The translations under genes were made by a program, and so were the position numbers. The notes below the pieces were generated by a model. That model made no database searches and was not told where the DNA came from. It was given only the letters and a program-made list of their open reading frames with translations. DNA of 64,000 bases from Acidimicrobiia bacterium (lineage in GTDB: Bacteria; Actinomycetota; Acidimicrobiia; Spongiisociales; UBA11373). Positions 8,418-19,306 of the stretch are shown here, in pieces; within the stretch, counting starts at the first letter, position 1; every line of letters begins with the position of its first letter. The stretch is from positions 83,083-147,082 of the forward strand of contig JBBDMM010000018.1 of the NCBI GenBank assembly GCA_040878325.1, read 5' to 3'.

Positions 8418-9138
8418 GTGGCCGGTGTCACCATGAAGCAGCTGCTCGAAGCGGGGGTCCACTTCGGGCATCAGACAAGGCGTTGGGACCCCAAGATGCG
8501 CCCGTACATTTTCTCGGAGCGCAACGGCATCCACATCATCGACCTCCGCCAGACCCTCGAGGCCGCCCAGGGCGCTTACGCGTTCGTCCGCGACCTGGTG
8601 GCGACTGGTGGGGTGGTGCTCTTCGTGGGCACCAAGAAGCAGGCGCAGTCGGTGGTCGAGGAGGCGGCGGTCAAGGCGGGCATGCCGTTCGTCAACCAGC
8701 GCTGGCTCGGCGGGATGCTCACCAATTTCCAGACGATCCACAAGCGCATCCTCTACATGCGCGAACTCGAGCGCATGGACGAGTCCGGCGAGATGGACTC
8801 GCTCCCCAAGAAGGAGCGGCTGCGGCTGCGCCGTGAGCTCGAGAAGCTGGTCACCGTGCTCGGCGGGGTGCGCGATCTGCAGCGGGCGCCGGATGCAGTG
8901 TTCATCGTCGATGTGCGCACGGAGCACATCGCCGTCACTGAAGCGAGCCGCCTCGAGATCCCGATCATCGCCGTGGTCGACACCAACTGCGACCCCGACC
9001 TGATCGACTTCGTCATCCCCGGCAACGACGACGCCATCCGGGCGGCGCAGCTGATGACGAACGTGATCGCCGACGCCTGTGTGGAGGGAGCCGAGCTGGC
9101 CGGCGCCCGCTCCAAGGACCGGGATCCGGTGAAAGAGG

Positions 9139-9146
<8 letters not shown>
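8418..9146 (+). CDS. rpsB: 30S ribosomal protein S2
   Basis: [35 protein letters not shown] upstream of GTG. Confidence 0.95.
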
Positions 9147-10463
<1,317 letters not shown>

Positions 10464-10518
10464 TGCCGGTGACGGCGATCGGGCGGAGTGTCACCGCCGG
10501 GCACCACAGGAGGCACGG

Positions 10519-11070
10519 GTGATCGACGAGCTACTCCGCGAAGCCGAAGCAAAGATGCATCAGGCGATCGAGCACGTCCGGGGCGAGTTCGGTTCGGTGC
10601 GAACCGGTCGGGCGAATCCATCGATCCTCCACCGGGTGCACGTGGATTACTACGGCACGCCAACGCCTCTGCAACAGCTCGCCTCGGTCTCTGTTCCCGA
10701 ATCCCAGCTGCTCGTGATCGCTCCCTACGACCGGGGGTCGCTCGGTGAGATCGAACGGGCCATTCAGTCGTCAGGCCTGGGGTTGAACCCATCGAATGAC
10801 GGGACCGTGATCAGGCTGTCGTTCCCGCCACTCAACGAGGAACGGCGCCGGGAATTGATCAAGGTCGTCCGCCACATGGCGGAGGAGGGGCGGGTTGCCA
10901 TCCGCAACATACGCCGCCACACCAAGTCCGATCTCGAAGCACTCGAAGGCGAGGTGTCGGAGGACGACGTACGGCGGGGAGAGGCCCGCCTCCAGGAGAT
11001 CACCGACGGTCACACGAGTCGGATCGACGAGCTGCTCGAGCACAAAGAGGCCGAACTGCTGGAGGTGTGA
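10519..11070 (+). CDS. frr: Ribosome recycling factor
   Basis: VIDELLREAEAKMHQAIEHVRGEFGSVRTGRANPSIL. GTG 10519 is preceded by an AGGAGG RBS. The ORF-track start at 10414 is an upstream in-frame extension. Confidence 0.9.
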   Translation: MIDELLREAEAKMHQAIEHVRGEFGSVRTGRANPSILHRVHVDYYGTPTPLQQLASVSVPESQLLVIAPYDRGSLGEIERAIQSSGLGLNPSNDGTVIRLSFPPLNEERRRELIKVVRHMAEEGRVAIRNIRRHTKSDLEALEGEVSEDDVRRGEARLQEITDGHTSRIDELLEHKEAELLEV

Positions 11071-13721
11071 GCCCCGGCAGGCGAGGAGGCGGCGTGAGCG
11101 ACAGGGGAGACAACGACTTTCAGCCCCATCCGGGCGACCCCTGGCATCCCACGTGGGATAGCGCATACGCTGTCGATCGGCCCGTCGATGCTCCCGAAGC
11201 GGATGAGTCCGACCCGGACGGATCTGCTTCCGGAAAGACCAAGCGGGCAAAGCGCGGTCGCCTTGGACGTCGTCGCAAGGATTCCCCGGCTGAGGCGGCA
11301 AGTGACGTCGAAGAGGAGTCGATCGACGATCCGACCCGCGGTGAGGTCGACTTCGATCTCCCGGCGGCGCCGGTAGCCGAGCCGCCGACCGAGGACCGCG
11401 CCCCACTTCCCGCCTGGCTGGCTGAGTCCGGGCCCGACTCCCCGGCCGCACCCGCGCTCGAGGTCGAATTGCCGTCGTGGGTCGGCGGCGCGACTGCCGG
11501 TGCCGATGACGCCGGTGGCGAGTTCCCCGATCAGGTCTTCGACGACCAGGACGAAGGCGACGACGAGTTGGACGACGGAATCAGCGCGCCGGCCGCGGTC
11601 GAGGCATCGGACGAAATTGCGTCGGTACCCCCTCGTGAAGTTCCCGATGACCTGGCGGCGGTGCTCGACGCGCTCGGCGACGACGGCGACGAGATCGAAG
11701 TCCTCGCGGTGGAAGCCTTCGAAGTCGAAGCCGAGGAAGAGGATCCGGAGGAGTTGCCCGATCTCGAGTCACTCGTCGGAGCAGTCGGCGGCTTCCAGGA
11801 CCCCTCGCCCGAGGACGCCGCGGCTCGCTCCGAGTACGGGGTTGCCGGGCGGGATGCGTTCGATGCGCTGAAAGACCCCGATGGATCCGATGACCTCGGC
11901 GACTGGCATCAGTTTGCGGGAGCCACCGGCGACGAGTCGGAGACGCTGCCCATCGAGGTGGTGGTTGATCCCCCGGTGCCTGAGCCGCGCGAAGGTGGGA
12001 AGCGCGGTCGTTGGTTCCGGCGCAAGGTCGAGGAAGCCGACGAGTCGGAGGTCGTCGCCGAGGAGGCGGCCGATTGGGCCGATGACGGCACTGCGATTCC
12101 GGCGGGATGGTTCGCCGAGATCGACGAAGACACCGTGGTCACGCCCCCGGTCGAGCCCCCCGACACCGAGTATCCGGAACCCGACGAGATAGTCGCGGTG
12201 GCGCCGACCGACCTCGGGTCGGATGAGGTCGAGGAGTTGCCGGTGGCGCTGGCGCCGGGGGATTGGTCGGATGAGGTCGAGGAGTTGCCGGCGGCACCGG
12301 TGGCGGGGGATTGGTCGGATGAGGGTGAGGAGTTGCCGGTGGTGCCGGTGGCGCCGTTGGATTGGTCGGTTGAGGGGGAGGTGCTGCGTTCGAATCTCCC
12401 TGCCGCGCCGCAGCCGGGACTCTTCGACGACCGGCATGCCACGGAGGAGTTCGATCCTATCGCTGCAGGCATCGGTGGGGTCGCTCCCGACATTTCCGCA
12501 ACCCCGGATTGGGAAGACGACCGGGCCGGGGAAGCACCAGTGGCGCAAGGGTTAGCCCCCCTGGGCTTCGACGACGGTGAATCGGCCGGTCACGACGAGG
12601 AGCTCACCTCGGACGAGGATGACGAGGGATACGAAGACCGCTGGGTGACTGGCCCCATCGATCTCGGCGGCGAGTACCTCGGGGCGGCCGATGACTCTGG
12701 CGCCTACGAGTCCATCGACGAACTCGACGACGCCACCTATCGGACCTCGTCGACGACCGAACACCGCGGCCTCGCCGAGGAGATCGCCCTCACGGGCGAC
12801 GAGGAGCACGAATGGCAGGCAATGGCCGCGGCGATGCCCGGGGTCGAATCGGGCGTGGTCGGTTTCGAGGATGTGGCCGACCTCGGCGACGACGAGGAGT
12901 ACCTCGATACCAGGGTGCGGTCGGATTTGGGCACCCGGATCCTCACCGGAGTCGTGCTCGGCGGCTTCTTCCTCGGCTCGCTGTGGGTCGCCCCCGAAGC
13001 CCTGGCGGGTTTCATCGCAATCATCCTGCTGCTGGGACTCGGTGAATTCTTCGCAACCGTGCGCCGACGCGGCTGGCGGCCGCTGGCCCTCTTCGGATTT
13101 CTGGGCGCCATCTCGATGCTGGCTACCACCTGGTTCCATGGCCCGATCGCTGTCGCCGCCACGCTGGCGATGACGACGGTCGTGACGTTCTTTGTGTTCG
13201 CCTTCTCGCCGCTGCGCCGGGATGCGCTGACCAACGGCGGTCTCACCGTTCTCGGCCTGGCGTGGGTCGTCGGCACCGCGGCGTTCGTGTACCCGATCCT
13301 GGCCAACGAGGACTATCGGGTCCTGGTGATTGCCATCGTCGTCGTGACCGCAGCCATGGACATCGGCGCATACGCCGTCGGTCGGGCGTGGGGGGTTCGC
13401 GCGCTTGCGCCCGTCCTCTCCCCGAACAAGTCGGTGGAGGGCCTGGTCGGAGGGATCGGCTTGTGCATGCTCGCCGCAGCCGCCGTGGGCAACTTCCTCG
13501 AGCCATTCGACCTGCTCTCCGGCATCGGGTTGGGGATCGTCGTGGTATTCGCCGCGCCCCTGGGCGACCTGGCCGAATCGATGTTCAAGCGAAGCCTCGG
13601 AGTGAAGGACATGGGGTCGATCCTCCCCGGGCACGGCGGAATCCTCGACCGGGTCGATGCCCTCCTCTTCGTGATTCCTGCAGCGTGGGCGTTCTATCAG
13701 ACCGTCGGGTTCCTGGGGTGA
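11067..13721 (+). CDS. cdsA: Phosphatidate cytidylyltransferase (CdsA) with ~590-aa acidic low-complexity N-terminal extension
   Basis: The C-terminal ~290 aa is canonical CdsA (multiple TM helices, SVEGLVGG...AESMFKRSLGVKDMGSILPGHGGILDR). The N-terminal part is D/E/P/A-rich with DWSDEVEELP repeats. The frame is continuously open from GTG 11067, which overlaps the frr stop. The true start is unverified. Confidence 0.75.
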   Translation: MSPGRRGGGVSDRGDNDFQPHPGDPWHPTWDSAYAVDRPVDAPEADESDPDGSASGKTKRAKRGRLGRRRKDSPAEAASDVEEESIDDPTRGEVDFDLPAAPVAEPPTEDRAPLPAWLAESGPDSPAAPALEVELPSWVGGATAGADDAGGEFPDQVFDDQDEGDDELDDGISAPAAVEASDEIASVPPREVPDDLAAVLDALGDDGDEIEVLAVEAFEVEAEEEDPEELPDLESLVGAVGGFQDPSPEDAAARSEYGVAGRDAFDALKDPDGSDDLGDWHQFAGATGDESETLPIEVVVDPPVPEPREGGKRGRWFRRKVEEADESEVVAEEAADWADDGTAIPAGWFAEIDEDTVVTPPVEPPDTEYPEPDEIVAVAPTDLGSDEVEELPVALAPGDWSDEVEELPAAPVAGDWSDEGEELPVVPVAPLDWSVEGEVLRSNLPAAPQPGLFDDRHATEEFDPIAAGIGGVAPDISATPDWEDDRAGEAPVAQGLAPLGFDDGESAGHDEELTSDEDDEGYEDRWVTGPIDLGGEYLGAADDSGAYESIDELDDATYRTSSTTEHRGLAEEIALTGDEEHEWQAMAAAMPGVESGVVGFEDVADLGDDEEYLDTRVRSDLGTRILTGVVLGGFFLGSLWVAPEALAGFIAIILLLGLGEFFATVRRRGWRPLALFGFLGAISMLATTWFHGPIAVAATLAMTTVVTFFVFAFSPLRRDALTNGGLTVLGLAWVVGTAAFVYPILANEDYRVLVIAIVVVTAAMDIGAYAVGRAWGVRALAPVLSPNKSVEGLVGGIGLCMLAAAAVGNFLEPFDLLSGIGLGIVVVFAAPLGDLAESMFKRSLGVKDMGSILPGHGGILDRVDALLFVIPAAWAFYQTVGFLG
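12215..12386. repeat. 48-bp tandem repeat x3.5 inside the cdsA N-terminal extension (encodes DWSDEVEELPxxPVAx)
   Basis: gattggtcggatgaggtcgaggagttgccggyggcrccggtggcgsss repeated head-to-tail. Confidence 0.8.
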
Positions 13722-14860
13722 AGCCGCTAGTCGTCCTCGGGGCGACCGGCTCGATCGGTCGCCAGACCCTCGCCGTCGCCGATCATCTCGGGTGCGAAGT
13801 GGTGGGCATCGCGGCTCGCCGGGGCTCCGAGCAGCTGCTCGAGATCGCCCGCACCCGACCCGAGGCCCTGGTGGCGGTTGCCGCGCCCACCAATAGCGAA
13901 CGAGAGATGTTCGAGGCCGCGTTGGGGGCAAGGGTCCGCTTCGGCCCGGAGTCCCTGGTCGAGATGGCGTCGACAAGCGGGACCATCGTGGTCAACGGCG
14001 TCGTCGGCGCGGTGGGCTTGCCGGTATCGGTCGCCGCCCTGGAGGCCGGCAACCGTCTCGCCCTCGCCAACAAAGAGAGCCTGGTGGTGGGCGGCCCGGT
14101 GGTGACGGCAGCATTGGAGCGGGGCGGCGGCGAGCTCATCCCGGTCGATTCGGAACACAGTGCGCTCCACCAATGCTTGGTCGGCGAGGATCTGGCCGAC
14201 GTGCGTCGGGTGGTTCTCACCGCGTCTGGTGGCCCATTCCGCGGGATGTCCGTGGGGCAGCTGGCCGAAGTGACGGTCGAACAGGCGCTCGAGCATCCGA
14301 CCTGGAAGATGGGGCCGCGGATCACCGTCGACTCGGCGACGCTCATGAACAAGGCGTTCGAGGTGATCGAAGCCCACTATCTGTTCGGATTGGGCTACGA
14401 CGCGATCGACGTGGTCGTCCATCCCCAGAGCATCATCCACGCCTTGGTCGAGTTCGTCGACGGATCGCTGAAGGCGCACCTCGGCGACCCGGACATGCGG
14501 GTCCCCATTCAGTATGCCCTGACCGGTCCCGGCCGGGCCCCGGGCCTCGCCGACCCCTTCACCCTGGCGGGGCGCAACCTGACCTTCGAGCCCCCCGATC
14601 TCGACGCCTTCCCCTGCCTGCGGGTCGGCTACGAGGCAGGGCGGGTGGGCGGCTCGGCGACGACGACCCTCAACGCCGCCGACGAGATCGCGGTGCACGC
14701 CTTCCTGGACCGCAAGATCGGCTTCTCGTCGATCCCCATTGTCGTCGAGCGCACCCTGGAGACGGTCGGGGTGAGCGCCCTCACCACTGTCGACGACGTG
14801 ATGGAGGTGGATCGCGAATCGAGGGCGGTCGCGACGGGGTATCTCGGATCTTCGTGTTGA
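13718..14860 (+). CDS. dxr: 1-deoxy-D-xylulose-5-phosphate reductoisomerase
   Basis: VKPLVVLGATGSIGRQTL...LANKESLV...SGGPFRG. GTG overlaps the cdsA stop. Confidence 0.9.
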   Translation: MKPLVVLGATGSIGRQTLAVADHLGCEVVGIAARRGSEQLLEIARTRPEALVAVAAPTNSEREMFEAALGARVRFGPESLVEMASTSGTIVVNGVVGAVGLPVSVAALEAGNRLALANKESLVVGGPVVTAALERGGGELIPVDSEHSALHQCLVGEDLADVRRVVLTASGGPFRGMSVGQLAEVTVEQALEHPTWKMGPRITVDSATLMNKAFEVIEAHYLFGLGYDAIDVVVHPQSIIHALVEFVDGSLKAHLGDPDMRVPIQYALTGPGRAPGLADPFTLAGRNLTFEPPDLDAFPCLRVGYEAGRVGGSATTTLNAADEIAVHAFLDRKIGFSSIPIVVERTLETVGVSALTTVDDVMEVDRESRAVATGYLGSSC

Positions 14861-14906
14861 ATGCGGCCGGTAGCGTGAAGTCACCTCGGAATCGGAGCGC
14901 CCTGCT

Positions 14907-16016
14907 GTGATCGGCGGCCTCATCGTCCTGTTCGGAATCATCACCATGGTGATGGTCCACGAGGGTGGGCACTTCATCGCTGCCAAGGCGACGGGAATGA
15001 AGGCGACCGAGTTCTTCTTCGGCTTCGGACCGAAGCTGTGGTCCTTCCGCAAGGGTGAGACCGAGTACGGGGTGAAGGCGATCCCGCTCGGCGGGTACGT
15101 GCGCATCATCGGCATGAACCCCTACGAGGAGGTCGCGGCCGAGGACTTCGGCCGCACCTATCGCGAGAAGCCGTTCTGGCAGAAGTCGATCGTGGTGCTC
15201 GCCGGCGTGGCCAGCCACTTCGTGGTGGCCTTCTTGCTCTTCTTCCTGGTCGCCTCGGTGATCGGAACGGGAGCGGCGACGACCACCGTGATGGCGGTGC
15301 AACCGACGCTCGAGGGTGGGGCAGCCACCCCGGCAGCGATGGCCGGCATCAGGAGCGGCGACCGCATCGTGTCGATCGATGGCATGGCCGTCGACACCTG
15401 GCCAGGGCTGGTCGATGTCATCGCCGCCCATCCCGGCGACACGGTGGACCTGGTCGTGGAGCGCGACGGCGTTCAGCTGCAGCTCGAGGCGACGCTGGCG
15501 TCGGTTCCCGACGGCGACGGCGGTACCCGCGGCTTTCTCGGTGTCGAGCCGGTGAGGAGGACCGTGCGAGTGGGGCCGATCGAGGGGATCGGCCACTCCG
15601 CCTCGGCCATCGGGGAGGCAACCGTGCTCTCCGCCCAGGGCTTATGGAGCCTGGTGTCGGGTTTCGGCGATCTGGTGGCCGCCACGATCTCGGGTGACAC
15701 CGACCGCATCAACGAGCGGCGCCCTGCCAGCCCGATCGGGCTGATCCGCATCGGGGCGGAAACCCAGCAGTTCGGCCTCTCGTTCACGCTCGAACTGGTT
15801 GCCCTCATCAACATCTTCGTCGGGCTCTTCAACGTGATCCCGGTGTATCCGCTCGACGGCGGTCACTTTTCGGTGGCGCTCTATGAGAAGGTCCGCGGCC
15901 GGCCCGCCGATGTGAGGAAGCTCGCTCCGATCGCCGCGGTCGTGGTGCTCTTCATGGTCCTGCTCGGGGTGCTCGCCATCTACCTCGACATCGCCGACCC
16001 GTTCCGCCTCCAATGA
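14907..16016 (+). CDS. M50 family site-2 zinc metalloprotease (RseP/Rip1-like)
   Basis: HEGGH motif in the first TM segment, a PDZ-like middle domain, and a C-terminal LDGG motif. Confidence 0.85.
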   Translation: MIGGLIVLFGIITMVMVHEGGHFIAAKATGMKATEFFFGFGPKLWSFRKGETEYGVKAIPLGGYVRIIGMNPYEEVAAEDFGRTYREKPFWQKSIVVLAGVASHFVVAFLLFFLVASVIGTGAATTTVMAVQPTLEGGAATPAAMAGIRSGDRIVSIDGMAVDTWPGLVDVIAAHPGDTVDLVVERDGVQLQLEATLASVPDGDGGTRGFLGVEPVRRTVRVGPIEGIGHSASAIGEATVLSAQGLWSLVSGFGDLVAATISGDTDRINERRPASPIGLIRIGAETQQFGLSFTLELVALINIFVGLFNVIPVYPLDGGHFSVALYEKVRGRPADVRKLAPIAAVVVLFMVLLGVLAIYLDIADPFRLQ

Positions 16017-17221
16017 TCGAGCGCCGCAAGACCCGTGGCCTGATGGTGGGCAAGGTGGCCGTCGGCGGGGGAGCCCCGGTGACGGTTCAGTCGATGACGA
16101 CCACGAAGACCGCCGATGTCGATGGCACCCTTGCGCAGGTGTACGCGCTGGCCGGGGCAGGCGCCGACATCGTTCGGATCACCTGTAACGACGCCGACGC
16201 CGCAGCTGGTCTGGCCGAAATCGTGCCGCGATCGCCGGTGCCCATCATCGCCGACATCCACTTCCAGTACCGGCTGGCGCTGGCTGCCCTCGAGGCGGGG
16301 GTCGACGGTCTCCGGCTCAATCCCGGGAACATCCGCAACCCGGCGCACATCAAGGAGGTGGCGATCGCCGCCCGCGAGCGGGGGGTGCCCATCCGGGTCG
16401 GGGTGAACGCCGGTTCCCTCGACAAGGATCTGCTCGCGAAGCATGGTGCGCCCGTTCCCGAGGCGCTGGTGGAGTCCGCCCTCCACGAGATCAGGCTGCT
16501 CGAGGAGGTCGATTTCCACGACATCAAGATCTCTGTGAAACACAGCCATGTGCCTTCGATGGTCGATTCGTATCGGCTGCTCGCCGACCGGATCGACTAC
16601 CCGCTCCACCTCGGGGTCACCGAAGCCGGCCCCCCGCCGTCGGGGCTGATGAAGTCGGTCGCCGGGATCGCCACCCTGCTGCTCGAAGGAATCGGCGACA
16701 CCATCCGGTTCTCACTCACCGCCGACCCGGTCGAGGAGGCGGAGGCCGGCAGGAAGCTCCTCGAGCAATTGGGGCTCCGCGAGCGGGCGAGCCTCGACCT
16801 GATCGCCTGCCCGTCGTGCGGACGGGCCGAGATCGACGTGGTGGCGGTGGCAGCCGAGGCGATGCGGCGCCTCGAAGCCGAGAAGCTGCCGATCCAGGTG
16901 GCGGTGATGGGTTGTGTGGTGAACGGCCCCGGGGAGGCCCGCGAGGCCGATATCGGGATCGCCGCCGGCCGGGGCAAGGGCCACCTGTTCATCAAGGGAA
17001 ACGTGGTTCGGGTGGTCCCGGAAGCAGAAATGGTGGATGCCCTTGTCGACGAGGCGCGCAAGCTGGTTGCAGAGGGGGTCGACGCCCGGCTGGCGGCCGC
17101 AGACGTCGGAGCCGGGGAACTCGCTGAGCAGACCGCTCGCGAGCTGCTCGAGTTCCAGGGCGATGCGAATCAGGTGGCCGAGTTGCGAGAACGCGTGGCG
17201 AAGGTGGCGCGGGGGGAGTAG
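16013..17221 (+). CDS. ispG: 4-hydroxy-3-methylbut-2-enyl diphosphate synthase (flavodoxin)
   Basis: RRKTRGLMVGKVAVGGGAPVTVQSMTTT... and a CPSCGR cluster motif. ATG overlaps the upstream stop (ATGA). Confidence 0.95.
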   Translation: MIERRKTRGLMVGKVAVGGGAPVTVQSMTTTKTADVDGTLAQVYALAGAGADIVRITCNDADAAAGLAEIVPRSPVPIIADIHFQYRLALAALEAGVDGLRLNPGNIRNPAHIKEVAIAARERGVPIRVGVNAGSLDKDLLAKHGAPVPEALVESALHEIRLLEEVDFHDIKISVKHSHVPSMVDSYRLLADRIDYPLHLGVTEAGPPPSGLMKSVAGIATLLLEGIGDTIRFSLTADPVEEAEAGRKLLEQLGLRERASLDLIACPSCGRAEIDVVAVAAEAMRRLEAEKLPIQVAVMGCVVNGPGEAREADIGIAAGRGKGHLFIKGNVVRVVPEAEMVDALVDEARKLVAEGVDARLAAADVGAGELAEQTARELLEFQGDANQVAELRERVAKVARGE

Positions 17222-17356
17222 GGCCGTCACCAGTCATGGGCTAGGGGGCGTACGCCGCCGTTGCCCGTTGGTGGGTCGTCACTTGCCAATGGTCTCTCAG
17301 GCGGGGTGCTAGTACCTCTCGGGGTCACCGTCGTCCCCGGCGGGGGAGTCGACGCG

Positions 17357-17875
17357 CTACACGAACAGCTGAACGTCGGCGTCGGCGGCGAAGTCGAGGA
17401 AGGCTGCGGCGCCGGCGATCTCACACCCGGGGATGAGGTCGGACTCCTCGACGCCCATCACGCCCATCGTGGTGGAGCAGGCGAAGAGGCGGACCCCTTG
17501 GCTCTGGGCCATCTCGAGGAACTCGCCCACGGTCGGCATGTTGGATCGCCGCATCCACCGGCGCATCATCGTCGTCGCCGCCCTTGTCGCCCCCGGAAGG
17601 GCCCCGAGGAGGTTGGGCACCCGAATCGGGCCCGACGGGTTGGCAAGCGATGCCACCTTGAGGCGCGAAGTGCGCTTCTCGTGGAGGATGTCGAGTCCGT
17701 AGAAGGTGAAGTAGATTCCTGCCTCCCACCCGAGGCTCACCGCCGTCGTGGCGAGGATCAACGGTGGGTACGCCTGGTCGAGCGTGCCCTTGGAGGCGAC
17801 CATGGCGAGTCGACGGGTCCTGGCATCGTGGCCGGCATTGGCGATGAGGCGTCGCGCCTCTGCCGCGGTCGTCAT
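17357..17875 (-). CDS. DsrE/DsrF-like (YchN-fold) sulfur-relay family protein
   Basis: MTTAAEARRLIANAGH...RRLAMVASKGTLDQAYPPLILATTA...VRLFACSTTM, with a conserved Cys. ATG overlaps the tusA stop (ATGA). Confidence 0.7.
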   Translation of the reverse strand: MTTAAEARRLIANAGHDARTRRLAMVASKGTLDQAYPPLILATTAVSLGWEAGIYFTFYGLDILHEKRTSRLKVASLANPSGPIRVPNLLGALPGATRAATTMMRRWMRRSNMPTVGEFLEMAQSQGVRLFACSTTMGVMGVEESDLIPGCEIAGAAAFLDFAADADVQLFV

Positions 17876-18138
17876 CGTCCCGCCCCCTTCTCGATCCAGA
17901 ACACCTGGGTGCCCCCGCGGTCGTCGGAGCGGGTCAGAATGTCGCCGCGCTGTCGGGCCATGGCGGGGATGTCCTCGAGGGACCCGCGGTCGGTGCAGAT
18001 GAGCTCGAGCACCTGTCCCGGCTCCAGGCTCTTGAGGGCCAGGGCCGCCTTGTACACGGGGAGCGGGCACAGCAGCCCGCTGGTATCGAGGGTGACGGCA
18101 GCCTCGGGATCGCCGGTGGTGGTGTCGGTGTCGGTCAT
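17872..18138 (-). CDS. TusA-like sulfurtransferase (SirA/YedF/YeeD family)
   Basis: 88 aa with the signature LLCPLPV (CPxP) motif. AAAGGA RBS. Confidence 0.75.
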   Translation of the reverse strand: MTDTDTTTGDPEAAVTLDTSGLLCPLPVYKAALALKSLEPGQVLELICTDRGSLEDIPAMARQRGDILTRSDDRGGTQVFWIEKGAGR

Positions 18139-18151
18139 GGGTGGTGTCCTT

Positions 18152-19123
18152 TCAGACGGTAGGAAGGCCCTCGTCTCCGAGAATCTCCGCGAAGTAGCTC
18201 GCGTATTTGAGCCCGGAGTCGGGGGAGACGCCGACGACCATGCCCTCGGCGTCGGCGAATCCCTGGAGGGCGGCGTGGACGATGGCCCCCGTGGAGGGGC
18301 CGACGGTGAGCGCCTCCTCCCGGTAGATGCGCCGGGTGGTGTCGTAGGCGGGCCCGTCGTCGACCCGGATCATCTCGTCGACCACGCTGCGGTCGAAGAT
18401 GGCCGGCTCGGCCGATTCGGCGAGCGACTTGAGGCCGGGGAGCCGGTGCCCCGGCTGCGGCTCGACGCCGATGACCCGGATCGTGGGGTCCTGTTCCTTC
18501 AGGAACCGGCCGACTCCGGTCAGGGTGCCCCCGGTGCCGAGGCCGGCGACAAACACCCGCACCCGCCCCTCGGTCTGCGCCCAGATCTCCGGTCCGGTGG
18601 TCTCGTAGTGGGCGGCGACGTTGTCCGGGTTGCCGTACTGGTCGGTCATCACGAACCGGTCGTCGGAGGCGGCAATCGACCGGGCGAGGGCGATGGCGCC
18701 GTCTTTGGGGTGGTCGACGGGGCACAGGTCGTCGGGGGTCTCCCACACCTCGGCGCCGAGCATGCGCAGCAGCACCTTCTTCTCCTCGGGGACCCCGTCG
18801 GGGATGGTCACGGTGAGGCGGCACCCGGCCAGCGAGGCGAGGGCGGCGAGGGCGATGCCGGTGTTCCCCGACGACGCCTCGACGATCTCGCGGCCCTCCA
18901 GCTCGCCGCGGGCGGCGAGGCCGGCGATGAGGTGGGCGGCGGCGCGGTCCTTGATCGACCCGAACGGGTTCAGCCATTCGAGCTTCAGATAGAGCCGCAT
19001 GCCGGCCGGGGCGATGCGCCCGAGGCGGACGAGAGGCGTCGGGTTGTCGGGGCCGGGCAGCATGTGGCGCACGTCCTCGTAGCGACGCAGACTGCGGTCG
19101 GTGGTGCTGATCTGTGCAGTCAT
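18152..19123 (-). CDS. cysM: PLP-dependent cysteine synthase, CysM-like (O-phosphoserine/O-acetylserine sulfhydrylase clade)
   Basis: NPFGSIKDRAA, SSGNTGIALA, DQYGNPDNVAAHYETTGPEI, GLGTGGTLTGVGRFL; closest in pattern to mycobacterial CysM. ATG 19123 with an AGGAG RBS. The ORF-track start at 19243 is an upstream extension. Confidence 0.85.
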   Translation of the reverse strand: MTAQISTTDRSLRRYEDVRHMLPGPDNPTPLVRLGRIAPAGMRLYLKLEWLNPFGSIKDRAAAHLIAGLAARGELEGREIVEASSGNTGIALAALASLAGCRLTVTIPDGVPEEKKVLLRMLGAEVWETPDDLCPVDHPKDGAIALARSIAASDDRFVMTDQYGNPDNVAAHYETTGPEIWAQTEGRVRVFVAGLGTGGTLTGVGRFLKEQDPTIRVIGVEPQPGHRLPGLKSLAESAEPAIFDRSVVDEMIRVDDGPAYDTTRRIYREEALTVGPSTGAIVHAALQGFADAEGMVVGVSPDSGLKYASYFAEILGDEGLPTV

Positions 19124-19149
19124 CGGGTCTCCTGGGGTGGTGACGCGAA

Positions 19150-19183
19150 GAACCCGCATCGGACTGTGCGCCGGTGCGGGTTC
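19150..19183 (-). promoter_or_regulatory. Perfect 9-bp-stem hairpin (gaacccgca-N16-tgcgggttc) in the cysM 5' leader, about 30 nt upstream of the start codon
   Basis: Inverted repeat seen directly. It lies between the putative promoter and the RBS. Confidence 0.3.
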
Positions 19184-19277
19184 GGGGGTCCTGTGGCTTG
19201 GTCGGAGGTCAGGGAGCCATCCCGCGCGGCGCTGTGCTCTCACAGCAGCAGCATTGGCACGGGGTGGCGAGGTGACT

Positions 19278-19306
19278 CACCATCGGCATGGTATCGCCCC
19301 GACGCT
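19278..19306 (-). promoter_or_regulatory. Putative sigma-70-like promoter for the cysM operon (TTGACG-N16-TACCAT on the - strand)
   Basis: Hexamers seen on the - strand. It would give a leader of about 150 nt. Confidence 0.3.
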
